A stretch of 64,000 bases of DNA. It comes from Alphaproteobacteria bacterium. Its GTDB lineage: Bacteria > Pseudomonadota > Alphaproteobacteria > GCA-2731375. Every line of letters starts with the position of its first letter. Position 1 is the first letter of the stretch. Positions 19,382 through 29,187 of this stretch are shown piece after piece. Where the stretch lies: NCBI GenBank assembly GCA_965232515.1, contig CBDDPY010000002.1, forward strand, positions 3,360,001 to 3,424,000, written 5' to 3'. Made by a program: the position numbers and the translations under genes. The notes under the pieces were generated by a model, which saw only the letters and a program-made list of their open reading frames with translations, did not search any database and was not told where the DNA came from.

Positions 19382-20470
19382 ATGGAATTCGCGCTGTTCA
19401 ACGTCCTGCAGCAGCGGGCGCGCGACAAGAGCTCGGGCCAGGTGCTGGCGGAGGCGGTCGAGCATACGCGGATCGCGGAACAGCTCGGCTTCGCCGCGGC
19501 CTGGTTCGCCGAACATCACTTTTCGAACTACAGCCTTTGCCCCTCGCCCCTGATGATGCTGGCGCACTGCGCCGGGGTGACGGAACGCATCCGGCTCGGC
19601 TCGGCGGTGATCGTGCCGCCGCTCTACATGCCGGCGCGCCTGCTGGGTGAGATCGCCATGGTCGACGCGCTGAGCGGCGGCCGCCTCGACCTCGGCGTCG
19701 GCAGCGGCTATCAGGCCTACGAGTTCGAGCGTTTCGGCGTCGACCTCGCCGACAACAAGGCGATGACGCACGAGATGCTGGACATCATCGAGCAGGGCCT
19801 GGCTCAGCCGCATTTCAGCTATCAGGGCAGGCACTACCAGCAGCAGCAGACGGCGATCAACGTGCGGCCGGTGCAAGAGCCGCACCCGCCGATCTGGATC
19901 GCCGGCAACGACCCGGAGTTCCACCGCCGCGCCGCGGTCAAGGGCTACACGCCGTTCATCTCGGGCGTGCTCGGCAGCGGCCGCCGGCTGGGCCGGCTGC
20001 GGGAACAGGTGGCGGAAGCTTTTGCGGCCGAGGGCCGCGATCCCGAGACCATGCCGTTGGGCGTGCTGCGCTTCTGCCACGTGACGCACGACCGCAAGGA
20101 CGCCGAGGCGTATGCGGAATCCGCCCGCTACCAGCAGCGCATCGCCGTGTCCCTGCGCACCCGACGCGAGACCGTGGTCGACGACTACTGGATCGCCGAG
20201 GAGCCGTTCGACGAGGAGCTGCCGCTGGAGAAGATCGAGGCGAACCTGCCGCTGGGCGCGCCCGAGACCGTGGCCGAGCGCCTGGTCGAGGAGATCCGGC
20301 TCTACCGGCCGACGCAGATGGCGATCTACTTCCAGGTCGGCGACGTCGACAGCGCCAAGGCAATCCGCTCGATGGAGCTGCTGGCCTCAGACGTGATCCC
20401 GGCCATCGAAAAGGCCTTCGGCCAGCCGCTGGCCGAGATCAACAGCCCGGTCCCGGCCGCGGCCGAGTGA
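19382..20470 (+). CDS. LLM-class flavin-dependent oxidoreductase
   Basis: WFAEHHF, SGGRLDLGVGSGY, PVQEPHPPIW. Confidence 0.93.
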   Translation: MEFALFNVLQQRARDKSSGQVLAEAVEHTRIAEQLGFAAAWFAEHHFSNYSLCPSPLMMLAHCAGVTERIRLGSAVIVPPLYMPARLLGEIAMVDALSGGRLDLGVGSGYQAYEFERFGVDLADNKAMTHEMLDIIEQGLAQPHFSYQGRHYQQQQTAINVRPVQEPHPPIWIAGNDPEFHRRAAVKGYTPFISGVLGSGRRLGRLREQVAEAFAAEGRDPETMPLGVLRFCHVTHDRKDAEAYAESARYQQRIAVSLRTRRETVVDDYWIAEEPFDEELPLEKIEANLPLGAPETVAERLVEEIRLYRPTQMAIYFQVGDVDSAKAIRSMELLASDVIPAIEKAFGQPLAEINSPVPAAAE

Positions 20471-20476
20471 GCCACC

Positions 20477-20490
20477 GGGGGGGGGGGGGG
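20477..20490. repeat. G14 homopolymer
   Basis: 14 consecutive G just after the LLM stop codon. Confidence 0.9.
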
Positions 20491-20661
20491 TCGCGCGGCG
20501 GAGATCGCGGAACAACCCCATGCACAGGAACCGTCAAGCGAAATAAACGGCGGAAATCCGGGTCGTTTCGATTGTTCCGAAAATGTCGAAATGATGTGGT
20601 TTGGTGGGACCCCGCGCGGCGGACGTTTGTCGCGGCGGCGAACGCCGGTGAGGGCCGCGGG

Positions 20662-23600
20662 CTAGCGGTTGGCGGGGGTTTTTCGCCGTTGCCGGCGGCG
20701 CAGGTAGCCGGCGCCCAGCAGGCCGGTGGCGAACAGGAGCGCCGAGTCCGGCACCGAGACCGGGGACGGCGCCGGGACGAACATGAAATCGGCCAGGGCG
20801 GTGAGCTCGAACCGGAAGCTGTTGGTGTCGACCACGGCAAAGTCGAAGAGATCGGTGATGTCCTGCAGGAAGGTGAGATCGAAGGCGTCGTCCAAACTGA
20901 GGCTGGTGTCGAGCACCAGCGCCTCGAAGGCGAAGTCGTTGCCCAGGATCAGATCGCCCTCGGTGAGGATCAGATCGAAGGTATCGCCGGCCATGAACGT
21001 GACCGTCGGGTCGACCAGGAACTGCAGCGTGCCGCCGAGCGTCGCCGAGCCTTCGATGTTCAGGAAATCGGCCGTCCCGGTGGCGTCCAGATCGAACAGC
21101 GACAGGCCGCCGGCGGTCTGCGTCAAGTCCCCGGTCAGCACGGTCTGGGCGCCCAGCCCCAGCGCGCCGACCGACAGCGCGCCGCCGTTCCCGAACAGTT
21201 CGCCCACGCCCAGGCTGATCTCGCTGCCGGCGAAGATCTGTCCCCCGGCCAGATTGTTGACCGCGTCGACGCCGTTCGCCAGCGCGACCGAGCCGGTAAT
21301 CACGCCACTGTTGTTGATCGTATCGCCAGCCTGACTGCCGAAGACCGCGAGCCCGGAGGCCGCGCTGATCGCGCCGGCATTGTCGAGCGTGGCCTGGGCC
21401 GAACCGACCAATCTCACGCCCGCAACGGTTCCGCCAGTAACCGACGCGGTTTCGGTGACGGCGACCGTCGTCGCGCCGCTGCCATTGTTGGTCGCGACAA
21501 TGCCAGCCAACGCGCCGTTGACCGCGCCCGAGGCCGTGATGTTGAGATCGGTGCCGTTGTTGATGCCGATGATGGCCGAGTTGGTGGCGCCGGCGACATC
21601 GGCCGCCGCGATGGTGAGCGCGCCGCTGCCGTTCTGCGTGGCGAAGATGCCAACGGCCGAGCCGCTGACCGCGCCCGTGGTGGTGACCGACATGTCGCCG
21701 CCAACGGCACTGCTGTTATAGGCCGCGATGGCGTTTTGCACGCCGCCGCCGCTGACATCGCCGGCCTCGATGGTCAGGTCGCCGCCGCCCTCGTTGTTGG
21801 CGAAGATACCGACGCCGGCGGTGCCGCTGACGGCGGCGGCACGGATGGTCAGGCTGCCGTCGTTGTAATCGACGGCATGAATGCCGGTGTTTCCGCCGGT
21901 AACCGACGACGTCGCGGTGGCCTGGATGCTCAGGTTGCCGCTGCCTTCGTTGAGGGCGATGATGCCGTTGTCCCCGCCGCTGACCGCGCCCGAGGCGCTG
22001 ATGAAGAAGAACGAGTTGCCTTCCGAGAAAGCATCGATCCCGTCGTCGCCGCCGCTGACCGCGCCCGAGGTGGTGATCGTCAGTGAACTGGCAAGACCGT
22101 CGCCGCCGCCACCGTTATTCCGGTTGCTGGCATTAATGCCGTCGCCGGATGTGCCGCTGACCGCGGCGGCGGTGATGCCCAGCGCGCCGCCGCCATTGTC
22201 GGCCGTTATGCCATTCGCCCCGCCGCTGACCGCGCCGGTGGCGCCGATCGACAGAGATTGGCCCTCGTTGGCGGCATCGATGCCATTCACCCCGCCGCTG
22301 ACCAGGCCCGAGGTGGTGATCGACAGACTGCCGCTGTAGTAGCCGCCGTAGGCCTCGATGCCGTCGCCGGTGGCGCCGCTGACCCCGGCCGCGATGATGG
22401 TCAGGCTGTCGCCGTTGTAATCGCCGTTGCTGGCATCGATGCCATTCACCCCACCGCTGACCGCGCCAGTGGCGGTGATCGACATGGCACCACCATATCC
22501 GAAGTTGCCGGCGGCGATGCCGGCGCCGGTCACGCCGTCGACCCCGGCCGTTTCGATGGTCAGCGCGCCGCTGCCGTTCTGGTCGGCGACGATGCCGTTC
22601 GACCCGCCGCTGACCGCCCCCGAGGTGCGGATCGTCAGGTTGCTGCTGCCTTCGTTGAGGGCGATGATGCCATTGTCCCCGCCGCTGACCGCGCCCGAGG
22701 CGCTGATGAGGAAGAACGAGTCGCCTTCCGAGAACGCATCGATCCCGTCGTCGCCGCCGCTGACCGCCCCCGAGGTGCGGATCGTCAGTGAATCGGCAAT
22801 ACCGGCGCCGCCGCCACCGTTATTCCGATTGCTGGCATTAATGCCGTCGCCGGATGTGCCGCTGACCGCGGCGGCGGTGATGCCCAGCGTGCCGCCGCCA
22901 TTGTCGGCCGTTATGCCATTCACCCCGCCGCTGACCGCGCCGGTGGCGCCGATCGACAGAGATTCGCCCTCATTGGCGGCATCGATGCCATTCACCCCGC
23001 CGCTGACCAGGCCCGAGGTGGTGATCGACAGACTGCCGCTGTAGTAGCCGCCGTAGGCCTCGATGCCGTCGCCGGTGGCGCCGCTGACCCCGGCCGCGAT
23101 GATGGTCAGGCTGTCGCCGTTGTAATCGCCGTTACTGGCATCGATGCCATTCACCCCGCCGCTGACCGCGCCGGTGGCGGTGATCGACATGGCACCACCA
23201 TATCCGTAGTTGCTGGCGTCAATGCCGTCGCCGGTCGCGCCGTCGACCCCGGCGGTTTCGATGGTCAGCGCGCCGCTGCCTCGATGGTCGGCGACGATGC
23301 CGTTCGACCCGCCGCTGACCGCGCCCGAGCTGCTGATCGTCAGATCGCCACTGCCGACGGCGGTATCGGCATCGATTCCGTCGCCGGCGATGCCGCCGCT
23401 GATCGTGCCGCCGCTGGTTATCGTCAGGCCGCCCGGCCCGCCCGTCGTGGTGATGGCCACGGCGTCCCCCGCGGCGGTGGAGACCGTCGAGTCTTCGGCG
23501 ACCGACAGCGTCTGGGGGCCGGCGCCGGTCTGGCTGACGCCGGACACCGTGGTCGGCGTGCCGAGCGCGCCGACATTGACGGTCAGGTCGTCGACGGTGG

Positions 23601-23871
23601 TCGACACCGGGTCGATCGGCGTCGGCGGCGCCAGGCAGGTGACCGTGTCGCCGGCCGCCGCCATCGTCGGATCGGCGCCATCGGAGACACAGCCCACCGG
23701 CAGCGCCTGGGCATGGGCCGCGGGCGCGCCGACAACCGTCGACCCCAGCGCCACGACCGTCAGCACCGTCGTTGCCAGCAGCCCGGTCCGCCAGGAACGC
23801 CGCGCCGATGCGCCACTGTCCGCATCAAGCACGCATGGCCGCATCGCGGTCGCGGAATGCCGGCTTGTCAT
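20662..23871 (-). CDS. Large Gly/Ala/Asn-rich beta-helix surface protein with PEP-CTERM-like anchor (about 1069 aa)
   Basis: Signal peptide ending AAHAQA; many GAVSGGxxGI repeats; C-terminal VPDSA, hydrophobic helix and RRRQRRK. Confidence 0.8.
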   Translation of the reverse strand: MTSRHSATAMRPCVLDADSGASARRSWRTGLLATTVLTVVALGSTVVGAPAAHAQALPVGCVSDGADPTMAAAGDTVTCLAPPTPIDPVSTTVDDLTVNVGALGTPTTVSGVSQTGAGPQTLSVAEDSTVSTAAGDAVAITTTGGPGGLTITSGGTISGGIAGDGIDADTAVGSGDLTISSSGAVSGGSNGIVADHRGSGALTIETAGVDGATGDGIDASNYGYGGAMSITATGAVSGGVNGIDASNGDYNGDSLTIIAAGVSGATGDGIEAYGGYYSGSLSITTSGLVSGGVNGIDAANEGESLSIGATGAVSGGVNGITADNGGGTLGITAAAVSGTSGDGINASNRNNGGGGAGIADSLTIRTSGAVSGGDDGIDAFSEGDSFFLISASGAVSGGDNGIIALNEGSSNLTIRTSGAVSGGSNGIVADQNGSGALTIETAGVDGVTGAGIAAGNFGYGGAMSITATGAVSGGVNGIDASNGDYNGDSLTIIAAGVSGATGDGIEAYGGYYSGSLSITTSGLVSGGVNGIDAANEGQSLSIGATGAVSGGANGITADNGGGALGITAAAVSGTSGDGINASNRNNGGGGDGLASSLTITTSGAVSGGDDGIDAFSEGNSFFFISASGAVSGGDNGIIALNEGSGNLSIQATATSSVTGGNTGIHAVDYNDGSLTIRAAAVSGTAGVGIFANNEGGGDLTIEAGDVSGGGVQNAIAAYNSSAVGGDMSVTTTGAVSGSAVGIFATQNGSGALTIAAADVAGATNSAIIGINNGTDLNITASGAVNGALAGIVATNNGSGATTVAVTETASVTGGTVAGVRLVGSAQATLDNAGAISAASGLAVFGSQAGDTINNSGVITGSVALANGVDAVNNLAGGQIFAGSEISLGVGELFGNGGALSVGALGLGAQTVLTGDLTQTAGGLSLFDLDATGTADFLNIEGSATLGGTLQFLVDPTVTFMAGDTFDLILTEGDLILGNDFAFEALVLDTSLSLDDAFDLTFLQDITDLFDFAVVDTNSFRFELTALADFMFVPAPSPVSVPDSALLFATGLLGAGYLRRRQRRKTPANR
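21930..23335. repeat. Tandem duplication of 705 bp (235 aa) inside the surface protein gene; ends approximate
   Basis: Matching strings at constant offset 705 (21941/22646, 22336/23041, 22561/23266). Confidence 0.9.
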
Positions 23872-24114
23872 CGGAGACCCCCTGAAACGCTGCCGCCCAA
23901 CCTTTGAGCGTTTACTATTTTTAGTAGTAGTACCGCAAACCGACACCGTCGGCAACTTCGATGCGGTCTCAAATTCGTGAACGTGCCGGCCGCAAGCCGC
24001 ATCGACCGCCGCTCTCGCAATACCGGCGGACAAGAAAACCGCTTGCATCGCCGCGACGCGGTATGAATGCTCCGGCGGACAAATGATGTCGGTTGCTTGG
24101 GGTCGAGATTGACT

Positions 24115-25260
24115 ATGGATCAATCGGCGCCTGACGAGGCGAAAGACGAGACAAAATCCGAGGCAAAGCCGGCGGCCGACGGGAAGATCGATATCAGCTT
24201 CTCGAGCGGGCTCGCCGGTTTCCTGCGCCAGCAGGGGGTCGCGCTCGCCTTCACCTCCTATCAGGCGGGCGGGCTCTATCTGATCGGCCACGATGCCGAC
24301 GGCAAGCTGGCCCTGCATCAGGCGGGCTATCATCACGCCATGGGCGTGGCCGGCGACGGCAACCGGCTCTATCTGGGCAGGGCGACCGAGATCGTGCGGC
24401 TGGAGAACGTGCTGGCGGCCAATCAAATGGTCAACGGCGTGCACGACAAGGCCTATGTGACGCGCAACATTCAGGTGTTGGGCGGCATCGACATCCACGA
24501 GATCGGGGTGCGGCAGAACGGCGTCATCGTGTTCGTCAACACCCGCTACTCCTGTTTGTGCGAGCCGAGCCGGACCCACAGCTTCAAGCCGATCTGGAAG
24601 CCGTCCTTCATCTCCAAGCTGGCGCCGGAGGACCGCTGCCATCTGAACGGTCTGGCCATGAAAGCGGGCGCGCCGAAATACGTCACCGCGATCAGCCGCG
24701 CCGATGTGGTCGACGGCTGGCGCGACCGGCGCGAGCAGGGCGGCATCGTCATCGATGTGGAGACCGACGCGATCGTCGCCGAGGGCCTGTCGATGCCGCA
24801 CAGCCCGCGCGTGTACGACGGGCGGCTGTGGGTGTTGAACTCGGGCAGCGGCGAGTTGGGGCACATCCATCTGAAGAGCGGCGCGTTCGAGCCGGTGGCG
24901 TTCTGCCCGGGCTTCCTGCGCGGGCTCGCCTTTCGCGACGGCCATGCGATCGTCACGCTGTCGAAGCCGCGCTACAAGCGCTTCGACGGCCTCGCGCTCG
25001 CCGACCGGCTGGCGGAGAAGGACGCCGAGGCCTGGTGCGGGGTGCAGATCGTCTCGCTGGCCACCGGCGACGTGGTGCACTGGCTGCGCTTCGACGGGGC
25101 GCTGGCCGAGCTGTTCGACGTCTGCGTGCTGCCGGGGGTGCGGAACCCGCTGACGGTGGCGGCCAATTCCAAGGAGATCCGGGACTTCCTGACCTTCGAG
25201 CCGCCGGCTTGGGCGACGGATGGACCGCGTCCGGAGCAAGGGGGCGATGGCCATGTCTGA
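24115..25260 (+). CDS. TIGR03032 (DUF4915)-like protein
   Basis: LAFTSYQAG, DIHE, FVNTRYSCL, FISKLAPEDRCHLNGLA, GLSMPHSPR, FCPGFLRG. Confidence 0.9.
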   Translation: MDQSAPDEAKDETKSEAKPAADGKIDISFSSGLAGFLRQQGVALAFTSYQAGGLYLIGHDADGKLALHQAGYHHAMGVAGDGNRLYLGRATEIVRLENVLAANQMVNGVHDKAYVTRNIQVLGGIDIHEIGVRQNGVIVFVNTRYSCLCEPSRTHSFKPIWKPSFISKLAPEDRCHLNGLAMKAGAPKYVTAISRADVVDGWRDRREQGGIVIDVETDAIVAEGLSMPHSPRVYDGRLWVLNSGSGELGHIHLKSGAFEPVAFCPGFLRGLAFRDGHAIVTLSKPRYKRFDGLALADRLAEKDAEAWCGVQIVSLATGDVVHWLRFDGALAELFDVCVLPGVRNPLTVAANSKEIRDFLTFEPPAWATDGPRPEQGGDGHV

Positions 25261-25888
25261 GACCGGTATGCAATCCGGCGGCGGGGGGTCGGTCCTGCGC
25301 CTGCTGATTCTGCTGGTCCTGCTGGCCCTTCTCGGCGCGGTCCTGTGGCTGGGGCTTGGCGTGAAGGCGGCCCTGGACGAACAGGCCCGGATCGGCCGGG
25401 AGACGCTGGCCGGCCTCAAGGGCGGGGCCGAGGCCACCGTGTCTTTCCAGCTCAATCAGGAAAATGGCGGCCTGCAGCGGGTGCTGAGCCTGATCAATCA
25501 GGGGCCGGGGCCGGCGCGGGTCCGCCAGGTGCTGATCAATGTGGACGGCGCGCCGCTGGGCAGCGGCGCGGCGGAGGACTGGCGGCAACTGCTGACCCTG
25601 ATCCAGCGCGAGGGCGTGACCTCGACCGCCTCGGTCCTGAACGACGGCCGGATCATTCCCGCCGGCGGTCGGCAGCGTCTTTACTCGATCCGCATCGACG
25701 ACCCCGAACAGCGCACCGAGATCGACGCCGTGCTCGACCGCATCCGTTTCGGCCTCTGCTATTGCTCGGTCTATGGCCAATGCAAGACCACCGGCACGAT
25801 CCCGGCCCGCGCCGACCGCGGCTACGCGGCGCTGCATGCGGCCTGCCGCCTTGAGACCGAACCGGGTGACGCGGGCGGCGCGAGCTAG
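25253..25888 (+). CDS. Hypothetical membrane-anchored protein
   Basis: Overlaps the TIGR03032 stop; N-terminal TM helix; CYCSVYGQC motif. Confidence 0.7.
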   Translation: MSETGMQSGGGGSVLRLLILLVLLALLGAVLWLGLGVKAALDEQARIGRETLAGLKGGAEATVSFQLNQENGGLQRVLSLINQGPGPARVRQVLINVDGAPLGSGAAEDWRQLLTLIQREGVTSTASVLNDGRIIPAGGRQRLYSIRIDDPEQRTEIDAVLDRIRFGLCYCSVYGQCKTTGTIPARADRGYAALHAACRLETEPGDAGGAS

Positions 25889-26114
25889 TCGCCCAGCAGT
25901 TCGAGGCCGTCATCCGCTTGCACGCCAACGCGGAACTGACGCTTGGCGCTGACGGCGGCGCTCGATCCGCGCACCTGCGGCAAGCCGGCGGTGTTCCAGT
26001 CGGCAAGCGGCATGGGCAAGAAAGAGAGCGCCGGCGCCGAGATGGCTATCGCGGTCAAACGGGCAGACGGCCAATGTATGATGGCCTGCAACTAGCGCGT
26101 CGAGGTGAAGCGCC

Positions 26115-26789
26115 TTGGTTTTCTGGATAGCGAGCGCGGTTGGATTAGCGATCGCCTACCTCTTCGGTTCGGTACCCACGGGTTATCTGGCGGGCAGACT
26201 GCTCAAGGGCATCGATATCCGCGAGCATGGCTCCAGATCGACCGGCGCGACGAACGTCTTGCGGACGCTCGGGAAATGGCCCGCGTTGGTGGTGCTCCTG
26301 GTCGATGTGCTGAAAGGCGCGGGGGCGATCGTCTTTGCCCACTGGTTTTTTCCTTGGCTCTATACGTTGCCGTCCGTCACGCCGCCGACGGCGCTCGATC
26401 CGCCGGTCTGGGCGCCTTGGGCTGTTTGCCTGGCCGGGCTTGCGGCGTTGTTGGGGCATGGCCGTTCGATCTGGTTGAACTTTACCGGCGGCAAATCCGC
26501 GGCGACGGGGCTGGGCGTGTTGCTGGCGATGTCCTGGCCGGTCGGTTTGGGCGCCGCGGCGGTATTTGGCGTCGTGCTGGCGGTTTTTCGGATTGTCTCC
26601 CTCGGTTCGATACTGGCGGCGTTGGCCGCGGTCGCCCTGATCTTCGGCTTGGCGCACCCGTTGCCCTATCAGTTGCTGGTGATTGCCGGCGGCCTTTACG
26701 TGATTGTGCGCCATCGCGCCAACATCCGGCGGCTGCTGGCCGGGACGGAGCCGCGCCTGGGGCAAAGCAGCCCGGAACCGGAAACGTAA
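26115..26789 (+). CDS. plsY: Glycerol-3-phosphate acyltransferase
   Basis: YLFGS, DIREHGS.STGATNVLR, DVLKG, GGKS, RHRANI; TTG start after GAGG. Confidence 0.92.
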   Translation: MVFWIASAVGLAIAYLFGSVPTGYLAGRLLKGIDIREHGSRSTGATNVLRTLGKWPALVVLLVDVLKGAGAIVFAHWFFPWLYTLPSVTPPTALDPPVWAPWAVCLAGLAALLGHGRSIWLNFTGGKSAATGLGVLLAMSWPVGLGAAAVFGVVLAVFRIVSLGSILAALAAVALIFGLAHPLPYQLLVIAGGLYVIVRHRANIRRLLAGTEPRLGQSSPEPET

Positions 26790-26831
26790 TCGCGCGACCT
26801 ATTCGCGGCATGATCTCGCGCCGCGACCGTC

Positions 26832-27620
26832 TCACGCGCCGTCTTTGCGGGCCTTGAAGTCCGGTTGCCGGCGTTCGCGGAAGGCGGCGAGGCCTTCCTG
26901 GATGTCGTCGCCCTGGCCGGCCGCCATGGCGAGCCAGTATTCCATGGCGTCGGCCGCCTCGACGCTTTGGTAGAGCGTCGTCAGGGCGATGCGTTTGTAG
27001 GACTGGACGGAGACGGGCGACATGACGGCGATCTCCGCGGCCATGCCGACGGCGCGGTCGACGAGCTCGGCCGCGGGCACCACCAAGTTGACGAAGCCGA
27101 AGTGTTCGGCGCGGGCGCTCGACAGCTCGGTGCCGCGCATGATCATCTCGTTGACGATCGCCGGCGGCAGCAGGTGCGGCAAGCGCGACGACTGGCCGGC
27201 GATGGGCACGATGCCGAGCCTGGCGCCCGGCACGCCGAAGGTCGCGTCAGGCGTCGCCAGCCTGAGATCGCTGTTGAGCGCGAGGCAGAACCCGCCCGCG
27301 TAGGCCGCGCCGTTGACGGCGGCGATCACCGGTTTCATGGTGTTTCGCGGGCACAGGAAGACCTGCATGTGTTCTTCTTCGTAGAGATGGCCGAGATTGC
27401 CCGGCGCCATGGCCTTGATGTCGTGGCCGGCGCAGAAGGCCTTGTCGCCGGCGCCGGTGAGCACGATCGCGCGCACCGAGGCGTCGGCGTCGAACGTCCG
27501 AAAGGCCTCCAGCATCTGCGCGATCATCGCGGGCGTCATGGCGTTCCGCTTGTCGGGCCGGTCGATGGTGATGAGCGCGACGCCGGGTTGCGCGACCTCG
27601 GCCGTTACGATCCCGTCCAA
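26832..27620 (-). CDS. Enoyl-CoA hydratase/isomerase family protein
   Basis: FCAGHDI, AAVNGAAYAGG; TTG start after GAGGG. Confidence 0.9.
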   Translation of the reverse strand: MDGIVTAEVAQPGVALITIDRPDKRNAMTPAMIAQMLEAFRTFDADASVRAIVLTGAGDKAFCAGHDIKAMAPGNLGHLYEEEHMQVFLCPRNTMKPVIAAVNGAAYAGGFCLALNSDLRLATPDATFGVPGARLGIVPIAGQSSRLPHLLPPAIVNEMIMRGTELSSARAEHFGFVNLVVPAAELVDRAVGMAAEIAVMSPVSVQSYKRIALTTLYQSVEAADAMEYWLAMAAGQGDDIQEGLAAFRERRQPDFKARKDGA

Positions 27621-27621
27621 A

Positions 27622-29187
27622 TCACCCTCCCCTCATTTCCAATGGCGTTGTGTGTTCGGCGTGCCGTTTCATGAGTTCCTTGCGAAGCACCTTGCCGCCG
27701 GCGTTTCGCGGCAGTTCGTCGACCACGATGAATTCGGCCGGGACCTTCGCGGGCGAAAGGTTCTCCCGGCAATGTTGCGTCAGCCCATCGGCGACGTCGT
27801 CGTTTCCGGCGTCACGAGCGACGATAAAGGCGGTTACCTTTTGGCCGAGCACGGCGTCCGGCGTGCCGACGACCGCCACGTCCAGAACGGCGTGGTGTCG
27901 GGCGAGCGCATTCTCGACCTCGATCGGCGAGATGTTCAGGCCGCCGCGGATGATCATCTCGGACGTGCGGCCGGAGAGGAAGATGTTGCCGTCCGCGTCG
28001 ACGCGACCGATGTCCTGGGTATGGATCCACCCGTCGCGCACGCGCTCGGCCGTCAGCGCCGGATCGCCGAGATAGCCGCGCATCAGCGTCGGTCCGCGCA
28101 TGGTGATCTCGCCGGTCTCGCCGACAGCGAGCGGCCGGCCGTCGGGGTCGCGGACGCAGACCTCGAAGCCCGGGCTGATCTTGCCGACGCCGTGCGCGAG
28201 ATGCGGTTCGTCGGCCGGTTCGACGGCGGCGCCGGGGATCTCGGTCATGCCGTAGTTCGCGATCAGCGATACGCGGCTGAAGGCCCGGAACCGCTCGACG
28301 TCGGCATGGCTGATCGGCGCCGACGCCGTGTAGAGCGCCCTCAGCGACGAGAGATCGTAGCGGTCGTTGCCCTCAAGGTTGAGGATCATCAGCACCATCG
28401 CCGGCACGAAGGCCGCGGTGGTGACGCGGTGGCGTTCGATGGCGGCCAGCGCGCGTTCGGGATGGAAGCGCTCGAGCAGGACCAGGGTCGCGCCCGCGTA
28501 GATCACCGACGCGGCGCTGAAGATCAGGCCGTAGATGGTGTGGAACGGCAGCGCGCCGAGGACGACGTCGCCGGGCGAGAGCTTCCAGGTCCGCATAAGG
28601 ACCTCGTGCAGCGCCCGCAGCGTCGCGCGGCTGTGGACGATCGCCTTCGGCTTGCTGGTGGTGCCGGAACTGAACAGCACCACGGCCCAGTCGTCCGGAT
28701 GGTCCGGCATGGCGGCAGGCCGGACGGCGGCCGATGGATCTTTGCCCCGCACCCAATGGGGCAAGGCGCCGTCCGTCGAGTCCGACAACGTGTGCCAGGC
28801 CGCCGCGGTCGGCGGTGGAATGGATGCGGCCGCGCGCCGGCCGGCCAGCACGTGCCGCGCGCCGGTGACCTCGAGATAGTGGTCGACGTCGGCGCCCGTG
28901 CCGGTCGGATCGCCGACGACGATAACGGCCTCGATCGCATGCAGCGCCCAGTAGGTGACGACCGACTCGGCGCAGACGTCGAGCAGCACCAGCACCGGAT
29001 CGCCGGCCTCGATGCCGAGCGTCCGCAGCGTCAGAGCGCAGGCGTCGATCTCCGATCTCAATTGTCCGTAGCTAAGGCAACGACGTTCGTCGACGACGCC
29101 GTCCTGCTCCGATCGGTTATCGGCATGTTGCCAGATCGCCGCCACAATGGGTGGCGGCGGGGCGTTCGGTCCCCTCGTCCCGGTCAT
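27622..29187 (-). CDS. Acyl-CoA synthetase (AMP-forming)
   Basis: FSSGTTSKPK, YGMTE, GWIHTQD, LPRNAGGK. Confidence 0.92.
   Translation of the reverse strand: MTGTRGPNAPPPPIVAAIWQHADNRSEQDGVVDERRCLSYGQLRSEIDACALTLRTLGIEAGDPVLVLLDVCAESVVTYWALHAIEAVIVVGDPTGTGADVDHYLEVTGARHVLAGRRAAASIPPPTAAAWHTLSDSTDGALPHWVRGKDPSAAVRPAAMPDHPDDWAVVLFSSGTTSKPKAIVHSRATLRALHEVLMRTWKLSPGDVVLGALPFHTIYGLIFSAASVIYAGATLVLLERFHPERALAAIERHRVTTAAFVPAMVLMILNLEGNDRYDLSSLRALYTASAPISHADVERFRAFSRVSLIANYGMTEIPGAAVEPADEPHLAHGVGKISPGFEVCVRDPDGRPLAVGETGEITMRGPTLMRGYLGDPALTAERVRDGWIHTQDIGRVDADGNIFLSGRTSEMIIRGGLNISPIEVENALARHHAVLDVAVVGTPDAVLGQKVTAFIVARDAGNDDVADGLTQHCRENLSPAKVPAEFIVVDELPRNAGGKVLRKELMKRHAEHTTPLEMRGG

Noticed and set aside
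23872-25455. N-terminal extension giving a 1597-aa protein
   Set aside because: Antisense to the TIGR03032-like gene; the signal peptide begins near 23871
25885-26091. 68-aa minus-strand ORF
   Set aside because: No clear RBS or motif; cannot be supported
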